This document shows, piece after piece, positions 1-13,315 of a DNA stretch of 64,000 bases; the first letter of the stretch is position 1, and the number at the start of each line of letters is the position of its first letter. Position numbers and translations under genes: made by a program. The stretch covers positions 496,001 to 560,000 of the forward strand of contig MU054212.1 of NCBI GenBank assembly GCA_013239625.1, in the 5' to 3' direction. This DNA comes from Lama guanicoe (taxonomy: Eukaryota). Under the pieces are notes generated by a model. The model ran no database searches. It was not told the origin of the DNA and was given only the letters and a program-made list of their open reading frames with translations.

Positions 1-536
1 TATAATGTTATTTTCATATAGCATAACTATGTTCAAATGCAATGTACATATCACTGATTTGCGACATCAGCCCCTGCCGGACCTGTCTTCTACACTGCCT
101 ACAGAAAGCAGATAAACTACCAGGTCAGAGGCACAGCCTCCCTCAGCCAGGCTGGAAGAACATTCCTCAAGCCTGTTGTACACGGTCCAGATGTTTGTCC
201 AGAAGCACCAACACAGCCAGCAGGTCTCTTCGGGATCCCAGCCTAAGTTTCTCCTGCTGTTGATGGAGCCAAAACAACACTGCAAGTATGCCCCCCACGA
301 CACGGTGTATCCGTTAACAGTCATTTACTAAACAAAACCTCCCCCAGACCGCAAATAAACTAATAGTTTTATCAAAAAGACTCTTTAAAAACCATTTTCC
401 TTTATCTGCTTGTTCGAGAGTGAAAGAGCAGAAACAGCCAGAAGTCTATTAAATGTCCTCGCCTGCTCCATTCTAAACCCCAGTGCTAACTGGTTCAATG
501 TTCCAGAATTCGCAGAACAGAACACTTGTAACAAGA

Positions 537-1300
537 TGTACTGTTTCTACTCATACCATTTCTGACACCAAATGAGGGTTTTTTCCTCTGCTCTCCTCAC
601 ACCAACTAGGTGCCCTCCAATTCAACTCAATTTTGACAGGAAATACCTAGAATTAGTGCAGAGCCCACAGGCTTGAGGGCTAAGTCCCACACAACTGCCC
701 CGCCTTCGGATGCTGTCGGCAAGTCCCAGTTATAATGGGTACTTCAGACCAATGGACTGTAAATCTGGGGGTTCTTACAACCCTTTCCTCAGGTTTGATA
801 ATTCACTAGAGCAGTTCAGAGAACTCAGGTAAACACTTGACTATTTACAGCGTATCATAAATTAGCCTTCAATCAGGAACATCCAATGAAAGGGAAGCAC
901 AGGGCAAGGTATCAGGGAGGGATGCAGGCTTCCACGCCCCTCCTGGGTGTGCCGCCCCCCCCAGCACCACCATGTGCTCACCCACCCAGCGGCTCTCCCA
1001 AACCCATTGTTTAGGGGGCTTTAGGGAGGCTTCATTGTGCAGGTGTGATAGGTTAAGTCACGGACCATTGGTGGTTGAACTCATTCTCTAACCCCTCCTT
1101 TTTCCTGTAGGTCCAAACCTCAAATCAGGACTTGGCCTTTCTGGAGACTAGCCCCCATCCTCAAGCTACCGAGGGCCCCAAGAGAAGCCTAATTAGAACA
1201 AAAGAGACTGCTTTCATCCACGGAATTCCAAGGGATTTAGGTGTTCTGTATCAGGGATCAGTGACAAAGACCAAATACATATTTCTTACTATAATCACAC
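537..1300 (-). mobile_element. MER21-family solo LTR
   Basis: The reverse complement begins TGTGATTATAGTAAGAAATATGTATTTGGTCTTTGTC...CCCTTGGAATT, like the MER21 consensus. Internal segments (GGGCTAAGTCCCACAC..., AGAACTCAGG) also match. Confidence 0.75.
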
Positions 1301-4300
1301 AAGGTTTATTACTTTTATTGATTTAGTAGAGAGAGGAACAAACCCCATAACTCCCTTCTGTTTGCTTCAATACCCCTCACCTCACTTGGAAAGCTTCCTG
1401 GCAGATGAAAACCTTTGCAGCCACGAGAAAATGGTTTAGTTTTTAGGAAGTACTTCTTTCTAGAAGCTTCCTTCAGCTTCCCTTCCCTTCTGGCTCTTGC
1501 GAGCCAACTGTCTGTTGATGGGTCACCACGCTAAAACCAGATCAAAAATGAGTACTAAAAATGGATTCGGATGTTCAGGCTTGTTCAAACCCCGAGAACA
1601 TGGAGTTTCACCCATTTAAAGCCACCCTTGATCCACGGATCAAGACCCCTTTTCTCACCATCGCTGGTCTTCCCATTGGTCACCAGCTCCCCAGGAGGTC
1701 AGTCTAGGAAACTGCTATGGACCTTCGGCCAGAGGAAAGTGGAGTTTAGACTCTGCGGGGCCCAGCAAAATTAGGGAGACCTACCTAAGAGGGATGGAGG
1801 GGGAGAAAGTGCCCCTACGCTCGAACTGTTCCTGCAAGAACCCCAAAGTCTCCTCCCTTCCTGCTCATCCCCCCCCCATCCTCACATTCACCAAAATGAC
1901 TCATAGATTCTCACCTAAAAGTGGTTATTTTTTAATTTCATATGACAGAAACTTCTAGAGACACTGGTCATATATTCACACATACATTTTGGGATACGCT
2001 TTTCTCAGAGCCTTTGAAATACTTCCAATGACAAGAGTTGACTCTTCTAGGCTCCCAGGCCAACGAGAGTATTATTCTTAGGTTATTGGTTCCCACCTGC
2101 AGTGTCGGTGAGAACTGGGAGGAGCTGGAAGCAAAAGACCCCAGAACAGACGGGGGCTTTGAACCTCAGCAGGGCTGGAAGCATTCCAAGAGCAGATGTC
2201 ACAGTCTCTCCCCTCAAGACCTCTGAAAAAAAGCACCATGAGAAATAAAGCAACTGTGCAGCCAAGGCTGAGTCCTCACACAACTCCAGGGGGCACCGTT
2301 CAGGGAGAACAGGATGAGCAGCCTCCTGGTGCTGTGCAGATACAGGCCCCTGAGAACAAGGCAGCTTTTTTCCACAATGTGTGTGTTACCTGAGAGGGCT
2401 TCCTAGGAGTAGGGCTGTTTCCTGCCCTGGGCATGAAGCCGCCCCGTGAATCGGAGAGGATGTGGCTGTCGGCACATATGACTTAATTCTGTCCCTCATC
2501 CACCCAGAGCCCTCCCTGAGGGCCTCTCCTTGTTCTCTGGAAACAATCCAAGCTTTGGAATGAGGAATTTTGAAGACTGGTTCTGCTGCTTGAGGGCTGT
2601 GTGGCCTTCGGTAAGTTACCTGCCCTCTAAGTCCGGGTTTCTCATCAGTCCAGTGGGTTAACTGCACCTAATACTTGCAGTTACTACACTCAGTAAGAGC
2701 ATTCCCCCTTTCCTGGTAGACTCTGGGCCTCTGTGTGTGGAGTGAGGGTAAGGGAGGGAAATGAGAAGGGCTAAGGTAGGCTGATATGATTTACAAGGGA
2801 AAGAACAGAGTTGCCAGAGGAAGAAGAAAAAAATCCATCGGAAAAGGATGAGAAAGGAGAAAGAGGAGAAAAGAACCACAGTGGGCCGGGCTGGGGGAAG
2901 ACTTGGGAGAGTGCGGGGGAAAGGAGGAGATTCATGGCTCATGTACGTGAACTATATTTAGAGACAGCTGGGGGACTCCGTGTGATTATTAAATTGTCCT
3001 TTAGCATCTTTAGAGATTACTCAGTTGAATAAGCAAACAGTTGTATCAAAGAGGCTATTGAAAACCATTTCCTTCATCGACTTGTCCAAGAATGAAATAA
3101 GAACAGAAACACCCAGAAATATATTAAATTAATGTCCCCTCCTTGGCTCCATCCTCACCCCCAGCTATAAACTCCAGCAGGTCAAGTCGTCTAACACAGC
3201 ATGACAGCCCCAGCCCCCAGTGGGCGTGGCTGCTGGCACAGGGAAGAGGCCAATCTGATGTGTCACTGACTTTATTGTCTTCTGTGGTGTTTCTAGTTTT
3301 CGAGCCCAAAGGTTGAGCAAGAATTACAGCCTCCTTTGATTTCATTGTCGTGGGTCATGGGTCCCTTGAGGTGTGATGTGGAGCTGACCACTTTCTGGGA
3401 ACCTTGGAGATGAACCATAAACCTTCTAGCTCATTTATGTCATTCAAGCTTCCTCAATCCAAAAGAAACCTCATAAAAAGTGAGCGAAACCACTCGTACA
3501 TTTTAAGACATTTCTTGATCTTTTATACTAGCAGTAATAAAATGGAAAAAGATGCCTTGGAGCAAAGGAAATGTTTTCATTTATACCTGTGGGCAGGTAG
3601 TATTCTGCATTGTGAAACTGATGGGTTTTAATATTTGATGCAAGTATCTGAACACACATATTTTTAAAACTTCTTCCTTTTTTCTGTCCTGTAACATTCA
3701 CTAGTTTTAGTGGTCCCCAAAGTGAAATGGGGTGGTTTTATATAGGACTTATATTTGGAAACAGGGTCAGAAGAATTCATGAAGGCTGAACCATTGGTCG
3801 TGTTATTTTTCAGTCTTAGAGACTGTTCCCATCAGACTTCTCTGAGTGATCTTTGTGTAGCCTCATAAAACTGAGAGCCCAATAAAGAAGAAAATCAGTA
3901 AACCTTGCTTCCCTCTTACTACGCAACTTCGCACACCCATCTTATTTTTGCTGCAGAATGTTGTAAATCACTTAAGCTCCACCCCCATGAGCAGTACACA
4001 GAACTAATTGTATTGTCCCTTTTACTTCTGCCCAGAGGAGATAAAGCAAATAAAGTAAATCAGTTGCCCATGAGACTGACATGCTCCCTATGGGGCTGGA
4101 GTTGAATTTGGATTAACAAAGCCCTCAACTCACAGATCTTTCCACATGACGGAGACAGGAGAACAAGAAATCTGATGTATATTCTCTGACTCTGCGCGCA
4201 CAGAGCACCTATTCCCAACAGTCTTAAAGATTTACTCCAGGATAAGCTGCAAGTACCAACATTCATCAAAATTTCTCCCACTCTGACTCTATTCTCAGGA

Positions 4301-4479
4301 GAAAATGGGCTGTTGTAAATGTGTGCCCATGGGGCCAAGAGATATTTTCAAAGGAAAGAGAGAGAACTGGCATTCCCACCTGTATTTCAGGGGCAACTTC
4401 CACACCACTTAAAAGAAATAATGGTATTCTTTTCCTGAATAGAAAAGAACATTAGCATAGAAAGCCGGAAAACACAAAA

Positions 4480-5370
4480 AAGAGGTGAGGAAAAATAAAA
4501 TCACAGAATCCTAAAATCTTTGCTGTAAATCTTTCCAGGCTTCTTCCATGTATGTTATGACTATGGAATATATATACATATATATGATGAAAAGTAAAAT
4601 GACTCTGTATTTGCTTGATAAGTTGAATTTTTAAATTAACTATATAACATGAATATGTTTCCACTTCATTAAATATTATTTCATATCAGCACTTGAAATG
4701 GCGGGATAACGTTATATTGCACAGCAGTGCTATGATGTATTTAACCAATTTAAATTAATTTCAGTTGCTGAACATTAATCCCAATTTTCTGCTATTAAAA
4801 TCAGTACTTCATGAAGTGTCTTTGTGTATAGGCGTTGGCAAACCTCAAGCAATAAATTCTTTGGCATAAATTAGGGGATATTGCAATGCCAAGTCACAAG
4901 CATGCCCATTTCTAAGGTTTTCGACATGCAACTTAAACATCAATTTTCAGTCTTCCCAGTCTTGCCAACATGTGGATTACCTTAACAAAAATACTTTGCC
5001 AATTTGATAAAAGAAAAATGTTATTTCAGGGTGGTTTGACTATGAATTCTATGATCACTAATGAGCGTGAACTTTTTTTCCCTTCTGTTTATTAACCATT
5101 TATATTTTCTTCTTGTTTTGAGTATTTATATCTTTTCCCTAATTAAAAAAAAAACTTGTCTTTTTCTTACTGACATAGACCTCTTCAGATACTAAAGACA
5201 GTAACCCTTTGTTAATATATCGACAGGTTTTTCCTGGCTTTCCATTTGCCTTAATTGTATTTATAATTTTTTTTATGTACAGAAATGTTTCATTTTTATG
5301 CAGTAGAAACAATCAGTCTTCTCCTTTATGTATTCTGACTTTGGCTGTATAAGCTTAGAAAGCTTTCTCT
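4480..5370 (-). mobile_element. Old L1 (L1ME/L1MC-like) fragment
   Basis: AT-rich degenerate antisense L1 3' region motifs (TTTGCCAATTTGATA, GCTTAGAAAG). Confidence 0.55.
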
Positions 5371-6224
5371 AGGTCCCACAGACTTCTGTCAACAAATCAT
5401 AATCACTCACTACCTGGCAATAGCGCTCTCTTTTTTTTTATTGAAGTATAGTTGACTTACAATGTTGTGGTGACAGCTCTTTTATTGTTGGGCAAGTTAT
5501 AAATAGTAACTGAAGGCAGGTACCAGCTCTTTTGCTTATTTCCCCCTTAAATGTCCTGTATTTAGTAGATCACAATCCATTCACTAAAAACACATTTTAA
5601 TTGAGTACCTACTACATTCCAGAAATATTAAGTATAGATGAGAGAGACACAGGACACAACTGTTTCTTTGTGAATTCCACCAGCACACTTTGTGTCATTC
5701 ATACATGTGAACAGTGCAGAGACCAGGGCAGAAAAGCAACAGATACAAATCAAAAGAAAAAAAGTCCCTGTCCCTGGAGAAATTTATAGTTCAGTATACT
5801 ATTGAGGGATTAAAGAAAGGTTAAGATTTAAGAGAGAGACGGATGAATAACTGTAAAACAGGGAAGAAAGTTTAAGAACCTGGTGAGACAGGGAACAAGT
5901 GTTCACACAATGGGAATTAGGAAGGGTCTGTGGAGAAAGTGGCATGTAAGGCAAGCCTTCCAGGTCAAGATGAAGAAGAGAGCATTCTCTTCTTGCCCTC
6001 AAAGAGAAAAGGAAGCAGGAACATTAGACCCAGTTTCTCTTTGTAGTATTATTTAAAAAAAAAAAGGTAACCAGCCAAATGTGCTTGTAATCAACCCACA
6101 AAGCCTAGAGGCTCACACGGAAGAGTTAGCATTTCTTTATACTGTCTTTTGCATTTACATTCGGCTTGTGAATTTTTTTGGTGTACAATTTTCTTTCTTA
6201 TGCAGTTAAATCTTCTGGAAGGCA

Positions 6225-6600
6225 TGGCAGACCCAAGGACATCCCAAGGACGGCCGCACCAATATCTATCCCATTACATACAATCACAAGCATGTGACCC
6301 TAACAGGCTTCCTTGAAAGGCGGAGTCCCTGTTCCCTGCTCTTGTCCCTGAGCGGACCTTCATAACTGCCTCAACCAACAGCATGTGGCAGAAGTGCAGC
6401 TGCCTGACACCCTAGGCTAAGTCCTGAATGGCGCTCTTAGCTGGCTCTTCTCCCTTGGGACACTTGCTCTCTGAAACCAGCCATCACATTGTGAGCAAGT
6501 CCAGGCGACAGGGAGAGACTGGATGCGTGTGTTCTCACCAGCAGCCCAGCTAGATTTCTCGTTAACAGCCAGAGGAGTGAACAAGAAGGAGCTGAGGCTC
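6225..6600 (+). mobile_element. MLT1-family (ERVL-MaLR) LTR fragment
   Basis: Motifs ACCAACAGCATGTGGCAGAAGTG and CTTGCTCTCTGAAACCAGCCATCACATTGTGAG. Confidence 0.6.
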
Positions 6601-6609
6601 ATGACATGA

Positions 6610-7830
6610 TTTACATCTTGGGATGATCACTGTGGCTTCCGGAGACTTGAGCAGGGAACTACAGGTTAGGAGTGGAAGCAGGGAGCCCAGACAGGAGGCG
6701 ATAGCAACAATCCAGGACAGAGATGATGCAGTTTGTGTAGGCGAGACGTAATCCTATTTGGGAAATGTTCTGAAGGTGGAGCTGCTGGGATTTGCTGACG
6801 GATTGCATGGGAGTTGGGAGAGAAAGAGAGGAGTCACTGACTATGTCTAGATTTTTCACCTCAGCAGTTGGGTCTTAGGAAAGTGATGGTGTCATTTATT
6901 GAGATGAGGATACCTGAGGGAAGGGCAGCTTTGCAGGGCAGGGCAGGTCAACAGCTGGATCGAAGGCATGTTCTGAGAGAAGCCTGTTTGACATCCAAGA
7001 GGAAAAGCTAACAGTGGGTTAGTGAGTCGAGAGCTCGGAGAGAGGCCTAAGCTGGAGATACTGGCATATAGATGGCGTTCCAGCATCTATACTGCGGCAA
7101 GGGAATGACCCCAGAATGTAGCTTAAAATAGCTATTTCACTTACCTCTCAACTTATGGGTTAAAAATTCAGGGCAGGACACAGCAGGAATGTTTAGCCTC
7201 CTTCCACAATTTTTGGGCCTCAGCTTAGAGGACTCAAGGGCCAGAGGCAACCTGATAGCGGGAGCTGGAATCACCTGAAAGCATCCTTACTCACAAATCT
7301 GGCAGTTGAAGGTGGCTATTCATGGGGACCTCAGCAGGGGCTGTCAACTGGAATACTTAGAGTGGCTTCTCCACGTGGCTTGGGCTTCCCTATAGCATGG
7401 CAGCCTTGGGGTAGCTGGACTGCTTACATGGCAGCTCAGGCTCCAAAAGTGAGCATACCGGTGAACAAGGTGGGGGCTGTCTTGTCTTTCCTAACTTAGC
7501 CTTGGAAGTCATGCAGTATCGTTCCCACCTCATTCTCTGGGCCACAAGGAGAGTTACAGCCTCCTGGATTCAAGGTGGGATGGGGAGGGGGTGGATAGAG
7601 ATCCCTTCTCTCAATGGAAAGAGTGTGAAAACCACATCGCAGAAGAGCATATAGGACGGAGACACTGTTGTGGCTGACTCTGGAAAACACAACCTGCTAC
7701 AGATGATACTGATTTAGGGCCTTGTAGTTGGATGAGATTGCTTCAGAACTGAGTGTAGGAAGAGAGAAGAGGTCTGGACTGAGCCCCAGGCCTCATCGTT
7801 TAGAGATTGGGAGGAGGAGCCAGTGGGCAG
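6610..7830 (-). mobile_element. L2 LINE fragment interrupted by an MLT1 LTR
   Basis: Typical purine-rich L2 sequence at 6610-7090 (GGAAGCAGGGAGCCCAGACAGGAGGC...TTTGACATCCAAG), resuming at about 7700-7830. Confidence 0.65.
7092..7700 (-). mobile_element. MLT1F/G-like LTR nested in L2
   Basis: GGAGCTGGAATCACCTG, CTCCACGTGGCTTGGGCTTCCCTATAGCATGGCAGCC; ends ...AACCTGCTACA. Confidence 0.7.
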
Positions 7831-9507
7831 AAGGAAGCCTGGACCAAATGCCATTTCTTGCAGTGGCTCCCACTTTCTGCAGAAACTCCTTAGCGAACGG
7901 GGGTCAGAACATGTTCTTGCATCAAGCTGCAGGTGGAGACCAGAACCAGCCCTTCCCAAGTGGACACGACCTGGAGTCTCAGCTGAGCACAACCCCTCAG
8001 CCCCACCAAGATGATCAGTACGTCTGGGTCCTGCAGAAGCTCAATCTTCCATAACACAAGGCGGGGTAGAGATGGGTGGACTTAGACCCCTCCTATGAGG
8101 AGGGGAACCCCCAGCCCAGTTAAACCCACACTTTAAGAAAACTTTTTTTGCCTCTTCTTCAAGAGCTAAAGGATCCTCCAATGTACTCAACTCCAAAGAA
8201 AATTTAACATCCAAACAGTAGCACCTGGATTTAGATTCAACCTGACTTCAGTTTTCTCTAAGAATAGTGGGTGAAGGTTGCCTGACATCTTGGAGAATTA
8301 CCTAACCTAAGAGAGTCCACCTCCAGGAAACCAGACTGCCAGAAGTTCCCTAAATGGCAGGTCCCAGGAGGTAATACAAAAGAATTAAGCTCCTCTTCAC
8401 AAAGTCCCTGCTGTAATAGTTAAAATAAACAGTCCATGTGTTGGAGCTGGAAATTCTGTTATTATACAAATGTCTTGCTGAAATGGGTCTGACCTCTACA
8501 GAGATTTATAAAGAACGAGGCACGTGCTGTTCCTTTAATGTTATTTTCGTTCATGCAAATGATGCCCTGTTACACCTGGTAATGCGTAACTACTCAGTTA
8601 AAAACAACTACATAGCAATTTGAACCACTCCTGGGTCCCCTCACTGTTTTGTGGTTTTATGCAATTCGTATATTGTATACAGGAAGGCTTGACCTGGAGC
8701 AGGCAGCAAGAAATGTGTAATTAAAAACACTTCCCAAGGAAATTACGGTGACAAGTGAAGGCTTAAGGATTTCCGCGGGAGCCCGGAGCTGCAGATATTC
8801 ATTATAGGTATTTGGGAGGCTCAGCTGCCCCGCTGAAAACCATGTCTAATTGCCGTGCGGAAGGATGCAGGCGTGGGGGACAGCCCGGAGCCAGAAACGG
8901 TGTCTATGGCAACACAACGCTCCATTTTTAAACTTTTCATTGCATAAAAAGAAATTGCTTAGGATTTTTACCCCCCCCCCTTTTTTCTTCCTACCAATTT
9001 CAGAATTTGTACCAGCAGGGATTACCCTCCAGGTCTAGCATTTCCTGGTAGCTAATGACTAGCTGGGTTAAGTGCCTTTTGCTTTACCTCCAGCGTTATC
9101 GGCTCCAGCCGGTCATTAATTACTGCACCAGGGAGCATTTTCCAATCGAATTATTGTTTAACCAAAACAAAAGAAAATGAACCTCTTGTTGCTGTCAACA
9201 ACAATTATCAACCCTCCCTGAGAGTCTAAATGGGAACAGCGGAGTTTTTACACTGAAAGAGTGCTCCTCTGGGGAGCACTTTCTCCAGATAACAGCCAAG
9301 TTGCGCAGAGTCCTGTTTAGGATGGTTCGCTGTGGGCGGGGGGGGGGGGAGGATGCTGACCCCAGTCAGGAGACCCAGGAAGCTCATACATGCACCACCC
9401 TGGGTCCCCAGTCACTCTCTCTTAGTGTCCATCTAACACCATCACTGTTAGGCCAAAGGCCCCAAATGCTTCTATAGGAGTGTCTAAGGGGAAAAGATTG
9501 CTTTCCT

Positions 9508-9652
9508 ACACAAAATGTTATGATAAATCACAGAGAAAAAAATGTGACAATGAGTGTGTATATGTCCATGAATGACTGAAAAATTGTGCTGAACACTGGA
9601 ATTTGACACAACGTTGTAAAATGATTATAAATCAATAAAAAATATTTTAAAA
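9508..9652 (+). mobile_element. 5'-truncated young L1 3' end with perfect 16-bp TSD
   Basis: L1 3'UTR-type sequence with AATAAA and an A-rich tail. AAAAGATTGCTTTCCT occurs at 9492-9507 and 9653-9668. Confidence 0.8.
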
Positions 9653-9929
9653 AAAAGATTGCTTTCCTGAGCAGTGAACAAGTGACTTCTGCATGCTCAT
9701 AACAACCACACTTCTGAGTACTGACAGCGTGCCCCGGGGCTTACACACACGATTGTGAGTGAACCTCGGAATGTGCCTCCCGCCCCGAGGACAGTACAAT
9801 CATTATCCCTATTTCACAGATGTGGAAACTAAGACCCAGAGAGGTGAACTCGGCCAAGATCCACAACAGCCTGGTGAACAGCAGAGCCCCATACTCGGTT
9901 TCTAGTCTTTCCATCAGCATCTCAGCTCT

Positions 9930-10570
9930 TTGTTTTTAAAATTTATTTGTGCTAAAATACACATAACATAAAATCTACCATTTTAACCACTTAAAAATAT
10001 TTTTAAATTTTATTTTTAAATTTCTTTTGGGGGATAGGTAATTAGGTTTGCTTTTTTATTTTTCAGAGGAGGTACTGGGGATTGAACCCATGGCCTCATG
10101 CATGCTAAGCATGCACTCTACCACTTGAGCTACACCCTCCCCCCTGCCACCTTAAGTGTGCAGTACAGTGGCATTAAGTATATTCACACTACTGTGCAGC
10201 CATCACCAGCATCCATCTCTAGAGCTCTTCCCTCTTGCAAAACTGAAACTCTACCCATTAAACAATAATTCCCCATTCCCCTCTCCCCAGCCCCCAGCAA
10301 CCACCATTCCACTTTCCATCTCTCTGAATCTGACTACTCTAGACAGTGGAATCAGACGGTATCTCTCTTTTTGTGACTGACTTATATCACTTAGCCGTGA
10401 TGTCTTCAAGTTTTATCCATGTTGTAGCAGGTGTCAGAATTGCCTAACTTTCTAAAGCTGAATAATGTTCCATTATATATATACAACACATGTTCTTTTT
10501 GTCCATCAACTCACGGGAGGACACTTAGGTTGCCTCCCCTTTTGGCTCTTGTGAATATGCTGCTGTGTTT
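9930..10570 (-). mobile_element. L1MB-like 3' end, interrupted by a SINE
   Basis: AAAATACACATAACATAAAAT...CAGTGGCATTAAGTATATTCAC...TGTGACTGACTTATATCACTTAGC. Confidence 0.8.
9998..10145 (-). mobile_element. tRNA-Ala-derived camelid-type SINE (Vic-1-like)
   Basis: Reverse complement GGGGGAGGGTGTAGCTCAAGTGGTAGAGTGCATGCTTAGCATGCATGAGG...GGTTCAATCCCCAGTACCTCC (A and B boxes), followed by an AAACCTAATTACC tail. Confidence 0.85.
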
Positions 10571-10974
10571 AATTCTTAACGGCTAAGATACACTGAGACT
10601 TGGAGATTGTTAAAGGAGGGCACACAGCCGTGGGCTGTCTGACACGCCCCAACCTGGGTGGATCTGCCAAGTACCATGTGGCCCATCAGCCCACTGGAGA
10701 AGGTGCCATCTCACTGGCAGAGGAGAGTGATGCTCAAAGCCAAAACCTCCTGCAGGTCGGCCAGTTAGACAGCCACAGCTCTACACTGGCACACCTGATG
10801 AGAAACTCAGGTATTTGATGCCAGTGTGTCTCTCTGAGCCTTAGGTTCTGGGAAACAAGGTTCTTTGCATCCAAACTGCTCAGTCCAGACTTGATTGCGG
10901 GATTGCCCAGCTAGACCGAACGTGTCCTGGGATTCCACCGACTCATCTGCCAACGCCTGCCGGCTTCTCCACCC

Positions 10975-11580
10975 GGTGGTTCTGAGTGTCACTGGGTATG
11001 AGCCGTGTTCCCTCCCGAGGTTACCACCACCCCAGGGTTTTTGGAAATGTGAGGTGGCACTTCTGATGGTCAGAATGATCTGTCTGGGGGACACTACTGA
11101 CATTGAACATGTGGGACCAGGGACACACAGCGTCCTGCCATGTGTGAGGCAGTCGCCCACCACAAGGAATCGTCCTGTATCCTGAATCACTTCCAAACAT
11201 CTCATTAAAACGTATCTTGAAATAAAAAAACCTCATTATAATTATCTGGGCCTAAAACCTAATTATGTTTTACAAATGAACACAAAGTAATCTTGCATGG
11301 TTTTCACCTGCACCAGATTTTCCAGGAATGCAACTATTGAGTAAATTGAGGGAGACTGTATTTTTTTACACTTGGAACTTTACCTAGAGTTGTTCACCAT
11401 TTTGGAAAATCATGGCAATCTCAATCCTAGTATTTGAGTTGCAAAAAAAAAATGTACAACTTTATCAGCTGCATTTAAATTGCCACATTCAAGAGTCTAC
11501 TTTAAGGGCAATCCTAACCCCTCACAGAAGGGGTCTATGTCCCCCACTTTCTCCACCCAACCTGTGTTAAATCTTCTAGT
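10975..11580. mobile_element. MER20B-like hAT-Charlie DNA transposon remnant
   Basis: MER20-like 5' part (GGTGGTTCT...ACAAGGAATCGTCCTG) followed by internal CCAGGAATGCAACT...GAACTTTACC...GTTGTTCACCATTTTGGAAAATCA. Confidence 0.55.
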
Positions 11581-11717
11581 GCAGTCCTGTTCCAGTATTT
11601 ATATATTGAAATATACATCTTTTTTAAAATAAATTTCTCTTATTTTATTTCTTCTTTTACATCCAAAGAATGATTATTATATTTATTTTTAAACATGACA
11701 TGTGCTGGTTGATTATG

Positions 11718-12031
11718 TTAGACTACAAATCCTCGTGCAAAACTCTTGGGGCCAAATGTGTTTCAAAATTCAGAATTTTCCAGATTTTAGACAAGTAGTA
11801 TGGTACACCTACAGTATGTTATGTAACCCCTCTGCGGGGTCTAGAACAGCAGCCTATAATCAAGCACACATATTTCTACAGCAAAACATATAAACAGTAC
11901 ATAGAGTGGGATGAATTAAGTCTACGTATAGCTTCAGATCAGCTCAGGGCAGGTTTTGCTGACAAAACACCAAAAAAAACAACTTTGGCTTTTCAAAGTA
12001 TTTTGGATTCTGGATAAGTTATCGGGGCCTT
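11718..12031 (+). mobile_element. MER46C (TcMar-Tigger) non-autonomous element
   Basis: CTTGGGGCCAAATGTGTTTCAAAATTCAGAATTTTCCAGATTTTAGA...TTTTGGATT...GGATAAG follows the remembered MER46C consensus along about 310 bp. Confidence 0.75.
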
Positions 12032-13199
12032 CTATTACCTGTGGCTCTCGGTGAAGACAATACAATGAATGGGGCAGTTTAAGAACGAGGCACTAGGTTG
12101 TTGCACCAAAGCCATCACACGCAATGTCCCCGAGGTAACTGACTGCACCTGATGACTGCCCCAAGCAGGGCGGGTAGGTGTTCTGTGAGCTCAGCACTGC
12201 TGGCATTCCAGGCTCCTCTCCCTCACTCTCTGCCCAAAGGTAGGCTGTTCTCTTTGTCTGAAATCCCACTTTATCCCCTTGTCCTCCAGGTGAGGGATTC
12301 CTTCTCAAAGCCCCAGGTTAAATGTCACCTATTTATAGGACTTCCTGGAAACTTCCCAACAGCATCTGTCACTCCCTCCGGCGAGATTCCTGTAACTCTT
12401 GGTGTATTCATTCATTCCAGAAACATATTTTTTGAGTGCTTCCTATGCGCAAGGGACTGGGCTAGGCTGAAGAATATGGACCCTATATGACCTTGGATTT
12501 CATGGGATGTCTCCGAAGGCCCTGCTCAGGGCGTAAGACACTCATCGGACCCTTGTCCTTGCCACTGGAGCGAAGGTCCCCTCCCAGAACAGTTCTGTTC
12601 CCACAGAGACAGAAACTAACATTTGTAGGGCAGCTACTTGATGTGCCAAACACTCTGCAAAGTTCTCTTCTCTTCAGAAAGGGGCTACTTCCTGGTGTGC
12701 CCAGGAGACAAAGTCCCAGGATAAATGTGCTGCGTCGTTCTAGAATTTTAATTGCATTGAAAGATTTGGAAGGGAAAGTTAATTAGTGTAAGGTAAGTAA
12801 TTGAAAACATTATTTTTACATTAACTCAATTGTGGATATATTATAGAGCAGAATGCTAAATTAACACACATTGTTCTTAATTTATTATTTGAAGAAGTAA
12901 TATATATTCATGAAGCAAAATTTGAAAGGTATGAGAGTCTAGAATGAAAATATACCCCTCTCTTCTCCAAGCACCCGGCTTCACTCCCAGGAGGCAGCCA
13001 CTATTTCCAGATTCTTGGGATTCCTCCCAGAAATCATCTATACATAGTACAAGCTAAGTACCTACGTATGTGGAATTTTTGTTTTTTGGTATATATTATG
13101 AGCACAAAATACACAATGCCCCTCAGCTTGCTTTTTTCAGATAACGCTACATCTTGGAGACCTTTTCGTAAATGTTCATAAACAGTTACTTCATTCTTT

Positions 13200-13315
13200 G
13201 GCGGGAGGGTGGAGCTCAGCGGTAGAGTACACGTCTAGCACGCGTGAGGTCCTGAGTTCAATCCCGAGTACCTCCATTAAAAATAAATAAATAAACCTAA
13301 CTAGCACCCCCTAAA
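13200..13315 (+). mobile_element. tRNA-Ala-derived camelid-type SINE with TSD
   Basis: GGGAGGGTGGAGCTCAGCGGTAGAG...GAGTTCAATCCCGAGTACCTCCA plus (AAAT)n tail. AGTTACTTCATT is repeated at 13184-13195 and 13316-13327. Confidence 0.85.

Noticed and set aside
42..324. ORFs at the window start as exons of a neighbouring gene
   Set aside because: No recognisable protein or convincing splice signals.
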